NCBI GenBank assembly: GCA_963843575.1
Contig: CAWJKZ010000021.1
Coordinates: forward strand, 32,001 to 96,000
DNA: 64,000 bases
Direction of reading: 5' to 3'
DNA from: an uncultured Acidobacteriota bacterium
GTDB lineage: Bacteria > Acidobacteriota > UBA6911
In this document: positions 60,971 through 64,000 of the stretch, piece by piece
Position numbering within the stretch: the first letter of the stretch is position 1
Layout: each line of letters opens with the position of its first letter
Translations under genes and position numbers: made by a program
The notes under the pieces: generated by a model
What the model was told of the DNA's origin: nothing
The model's database searches: none
The model's input: the letters and a program-made list of their open reading frames with translations, nothing else

Positions 60971-62617
60971 TTAGACGCCGGGGAGGCACAGGCAGGGGGA
61001 TTTGATCCGGATGTCGGCTTGCTTCCAGGCCGCGTCGAATCTCTTTTCGACGGCGGACGCCTCCGGCTCCTTTTTCTGGACCTGCAGCGAGCGCATGAGC
61101 CCGTAGAGCCCCCATCCGTTCTCCGGCTGTCTGGCGAGGTCCTCGCGAAAGACGGCCTCCGCCTCGGCGGATCGGCCCGCCTGTAGGAGCGCGGCGCCGA
61201 GCGCATGACGCACCGGCTGAATCCACGACGGCGGCTCGTCGTATCGGAGCTTGTCCTCGCGTGCGGCCGCTTCGCGCAGGGCGGCGAGGCCTTTTTCCGT
61301 CTCGCCGGAACGGAAGAGGACCTCCCCTCGCATGAAGCTCTCGGCCACGTCGAGGACGTCGGAGCCCGAGTTGTTACCGAAGAACGCGTCCTCCGGCACC
61401 CGGGTGCGCGCCTCGAGGAACGCGGCCTGCTCGCGCAGGGCGGAGGGCAAGTCGTCCTTGGCCGCGTACGCCACGGACCGGGCGTAGTGCTGGAGCGCGC
61501 GTGAGATCGGCACGAAATCCGGGAAAGCGGGTTCGGCCAGGATGTCGTCCCACCTGCCGAAGCGCATCATCACCTCGAGCGGCATGGCCATGAAACCGTC
61601 CGCGAAGGGGTTTTCCCGGAAGAACTCCCGCGGGATGGCCGCGACCATCTCCCTCATCGTCGAGAGCGCGCGGGCGCCCTGGCCCGTCATCATGGCCGCG
61701 TAGGCCAGCATGTGGTGGTTGTGGGCCATGTAGAGGCGGTAGAAACCCTGTTCCGGCACCCGCGCGGTGTACCGGCGGTCGGCGTCGATGGCCTTGGTGT
61801 TTGCTGTGATCGCCTGCTGCCAGCGCCCGCGCCGCACGTCGATGTGAGACGGCATGTGGACCAGGTGCCCCAGGCCGGGTTGCAGGTCGCGCAGCGTGTC
61901 GGCTGCCCGGTCGGCCTTCCCGGGTTGAGGGGAAGCCTCCAGCGCATGGATCACCAGGTGATTGCCCAGCGGGTGCTTCGGATCGATGGCGAGGACGGAT
62001 TCGAGCACCCCGATGAGCTCCCCGGTGCCGGGCTGCGGCTTGCCGTCCGGCGTCCAGAGATCCCACGGTCGAAGATCCGCGAGCGATTCGGCGAAGAGCG
62101 CGCCGACGTCGGGGTCCCCAGGAAACGCTTTCCAGACCTGCCGCATCGCGTCGGCGTAAGCCTTGTCGAGCGCGGCCCTGTCCTTGGGCCGGGGATCCGC
62201 ATAGCGGTGCTCCAGTGCACCGATCAAGGCGCGTTCGATGGCGTTTGCCCGGGGAGCGAGACCCCGAGCCCGGGCGAGGGCCTCCCATGCCTCCCTGGCG
62301 CGGTCATCGGGAACCACCGGGTTGTTGATGTGCGGGCCGTTTGCGATTGAGATGCCCCAGAAAGCCATCGCACACTCCGGGTCGATCTCGCCCGCGTGCC
62401 GGAAAGCACGGATCGCCTCGTCGTGGTTGAAGGCGTACATTAAGGCGAGCCCCTGGTTGAAATAGCGCTGCGCTTCGGGCGAACTGCTGGTGACCTCGCG
62501 CCCGAAACCGCCCAGCCCCTCGAAAAGGGGCGGTGGGCCCACCTCGGCGGCGAACTCGACGCCAAGCGAAACGAGCGACAGAAGAAGAACGGGCAGGGCT
62601 GCGCGCAGTTTTCCCAT
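60971..62617 (-). CDS. Conserved exported TPR-like protein
   Basis: AQRYFNQGL...FNHDEAIRAF...CAMAFWG...GPHIN; HLVHMPSHI; YDEPP; ENGWGLYGL. Confidence 0.78.
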   Translation of the reverse strand: MGKLRAALPVLLLSLVSLGVEFAAEVGPPPLFEGLGGFGREVTSSSPEAQRYFNQGLALMYAFNHDEAIRAFRHAGEIDPECAMAFWGISIANGPHINNPVVPDDRAREAWEALARARGLAPRANAIERALIGALEHRYADPRPKDRAALDKAYADAMRQVWKAFPGDPDVGALFAESLADLRPWDLWTPDGKPQPGTGELIGVLESVLAIDPKHPLGNHLVIHALEASPQPGKADRAADTLRDLQPGLGHLVHMPSHIDVRRGRWQQAITANTKAIDADRRYTARVPEQGFYRLYMAHNHHMLAYAAMMTGQGARALSTMREMVAAIPREFFRENPFADGFMAMPLEVMMRFGRWDDILAEPAFPDFVPISRALQHYARSVAYAAKDDLPSALREQAAFLEARTRVPEDAFFGNNSGSDVLDVAESFMRGEVLFRSGETEKGLAALREAAAREDKLRYDEPPSWIQPVRHALGAALLQAGRSAEAEAVFREDLARQPENGWGLYGLMRSLQVQKKEPEASAVEKRFDAAWKQADIRIKSPCLCLPGV

Positions 62618-62896
62618 GGATGCCTCCGGATTCGGTGATGTCTCACGGACGCCGCGCTCCCCGAGACCGCGGGCGTCTGCTTTCCCCTTCGCGGGATGTT
62701 GACTCCCATCAGGATAACCCGCCGGCCGCGCCGCGACCACCCCCTATCGACGACCGCGATTTCCCGCCGGGGGCGGTCGGCGGTCCCGGTGTGGCCCCCT
62801 TTTCGTTCGATTTTCGTGGTGTCGGCGCCTGCGGTTCTGATCTATGCTCGGCGTCGCGAGGGCGGTTCGACCGATCACCATGATGGGAGGCGGGTC

Positions 62897-64000
62897 ATGA
62901 TTTCCAGACGGGGGGTTCTGAAAGGTGCCGCGCTGACCGCGCTGTCGTACGGACGCGTGCTGGGCGCGAACGAAAAGGTCGGGTTGGGATTGATCGGCGC
63001 GGGCGGTCGCGGCAGGTCGGTCCTCGGCACGTTCCTGCGCAACCCCGAGGTGGACCTCCGGGCCGTATGCGACGTCTACGGCGCGCGCAACGAAGAGGTG
63101 CGGGCCAAGGTTCCCGCGGCAAGGCCTTTCCAACAGCACGAGAAACTGCTCGAGATGAAGGACGTCGACGCCGTGCTGATCGGATCGCCCGACCACTGGC
63201 ACAAAGTCCACGCGGTCGACGCGATGAGTTCCGGGAAGGACGTGTACGTCGAGAAGCCCCTCTGCCGCACGCTCGACGAGGCTCCGGAGATGGTCCGGGC
63301 CGCGCGTCGCCACAACCGGATCTGCCAGGTCGGCGTGCAGCAGCGCTCGGGACCGGTCTACATCGAAGCGCGCGACCGGTTCGTCAGATCGGGCCTCATC
63401 GGCACCGTCAGGTGGGTGGAGTGTGTCTGGAACGACGGTCCGTCGCGGCCATACGCGCCGCCCGCGGGTGGGAAGCCGGCGGACCTCGACTGGGTGCGCT
63501 TCCTCGGCCCTGCGCGCTACCGGGATTGGAACGCGAGGATGTACTTTAACTTTCGCGCCTACCTGGACCTCAACGGCGGGCGCATGACCGATTTCGGCCA
63601 CCACTGGCTCGACGTCGTCCACATGTACCTTGGGGAGAGGGCCCCGGATTCGGCCGTCGCCGCGGGGACGATCTTCGATACGCAGGATGGGAAGGATGCG
63701 CCGGACGTCGTATCGGCGTTGTTCGAGTACCCGGGGTGCACCGTCTCGTTCCAGTCCGCGATCGTGGGCAACCCCCTGCCTTACGGCGTCACCTTTTATG
63801 GCGACAGGGGCAAACTGTACGTCAACCGCAACCGCTACGTGTTCACGCCGGCGGAGAAGGGGGCGGAGCCGGTCCAGCAGGATTTCCCGGGCGACATCAC
63901 CGCCGATCACGTGCGCAATTTCCTCGACTGCTGCGGTTCACGGAAGTTGCCGAACGGCGACGTGGCGCTCGCGGCCGTCTCCATACAGCCGCCGCTGCTA
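62897..64000 (+). CDS. Tat-exported Gfo/Idh/MocA oxidoreductase (3' truncated by window edge)
   Basis: My translation from ATG 62897: MISRRGVLK...GLIGAGGRG, AVCDVY, SPDHWH, KDVYVEKP, QVGVQQRS, TDFGHHWLD; open to the window end. Confidence 0.88.
   Translation, partial: MISRRGVLKGAALTALSYGRVLGANEKVGLGLIGAGGRGRSVLGTFLRNPEVDLRAVCDVYGARNEEVRAKVPAARPFQQHEKLLEMKDVDAVLIGSPDHWHKVHAVDAMSSGKDVYVEKPLCRTLDEAPEMVRAARRHNRICQVGVQQRSGPVYIEARDRFVRSGLIGTVRWVECVWNDGPSRPYAPPAGGKPADLDWVRFLGPARYRDWNARMYFNFRAYLDLNGGRMTDFGHHWLDVVHMYLGERAPDSAVAAGTIFDTQDGKDAPDVVSALFEYPGCTVSFQSAIVGNPLPYGVTFYGDRGKLYVNRNRYVFTPAEKGAEPVQQDFPGDITADHVRNFLDCCGSRKLPNGDVALAAVSIQPPLL

Overview
This is a high-GC bacterial chromosomal window, probably Acidobacteriota. 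That call is an inference from an ADOP-type duplicated permease, Oar-like TonB-dependent receptors and kinase/wHTH-TolB-TPR proteins. It holds about 47 mostly housekeeping, metabolic, transport and signalling genes (metG, hpt, glgC, trmL, fadB-like, apbE, two PPIases), one complete IS1380-family element and several REP/REPIN-like palindromes. I found no rRNA, tRNA or CRISPR array. Six genes are split by frameshifts, most likely assembly errors. The three most interesting candidates are: (1) a DoxX membrane protein fused, via an internal twin-arginine motif, to an oxidoreductase-like domain that carries an ApbE flavinylation-like motif (AITGAT), encoded directly before apbE; (2) an aminoacyl-phosphatidylglycerol synthase with a DedA domain where the MprF flippase normally sits, flanked by two AcvB/VirJ hydrolases; (3) a cytidylate-kinase-like/PD-(D/E)xK fusion translationally coupled to hpt. 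All product calls come from motif recognition by eye; no database searches were run.
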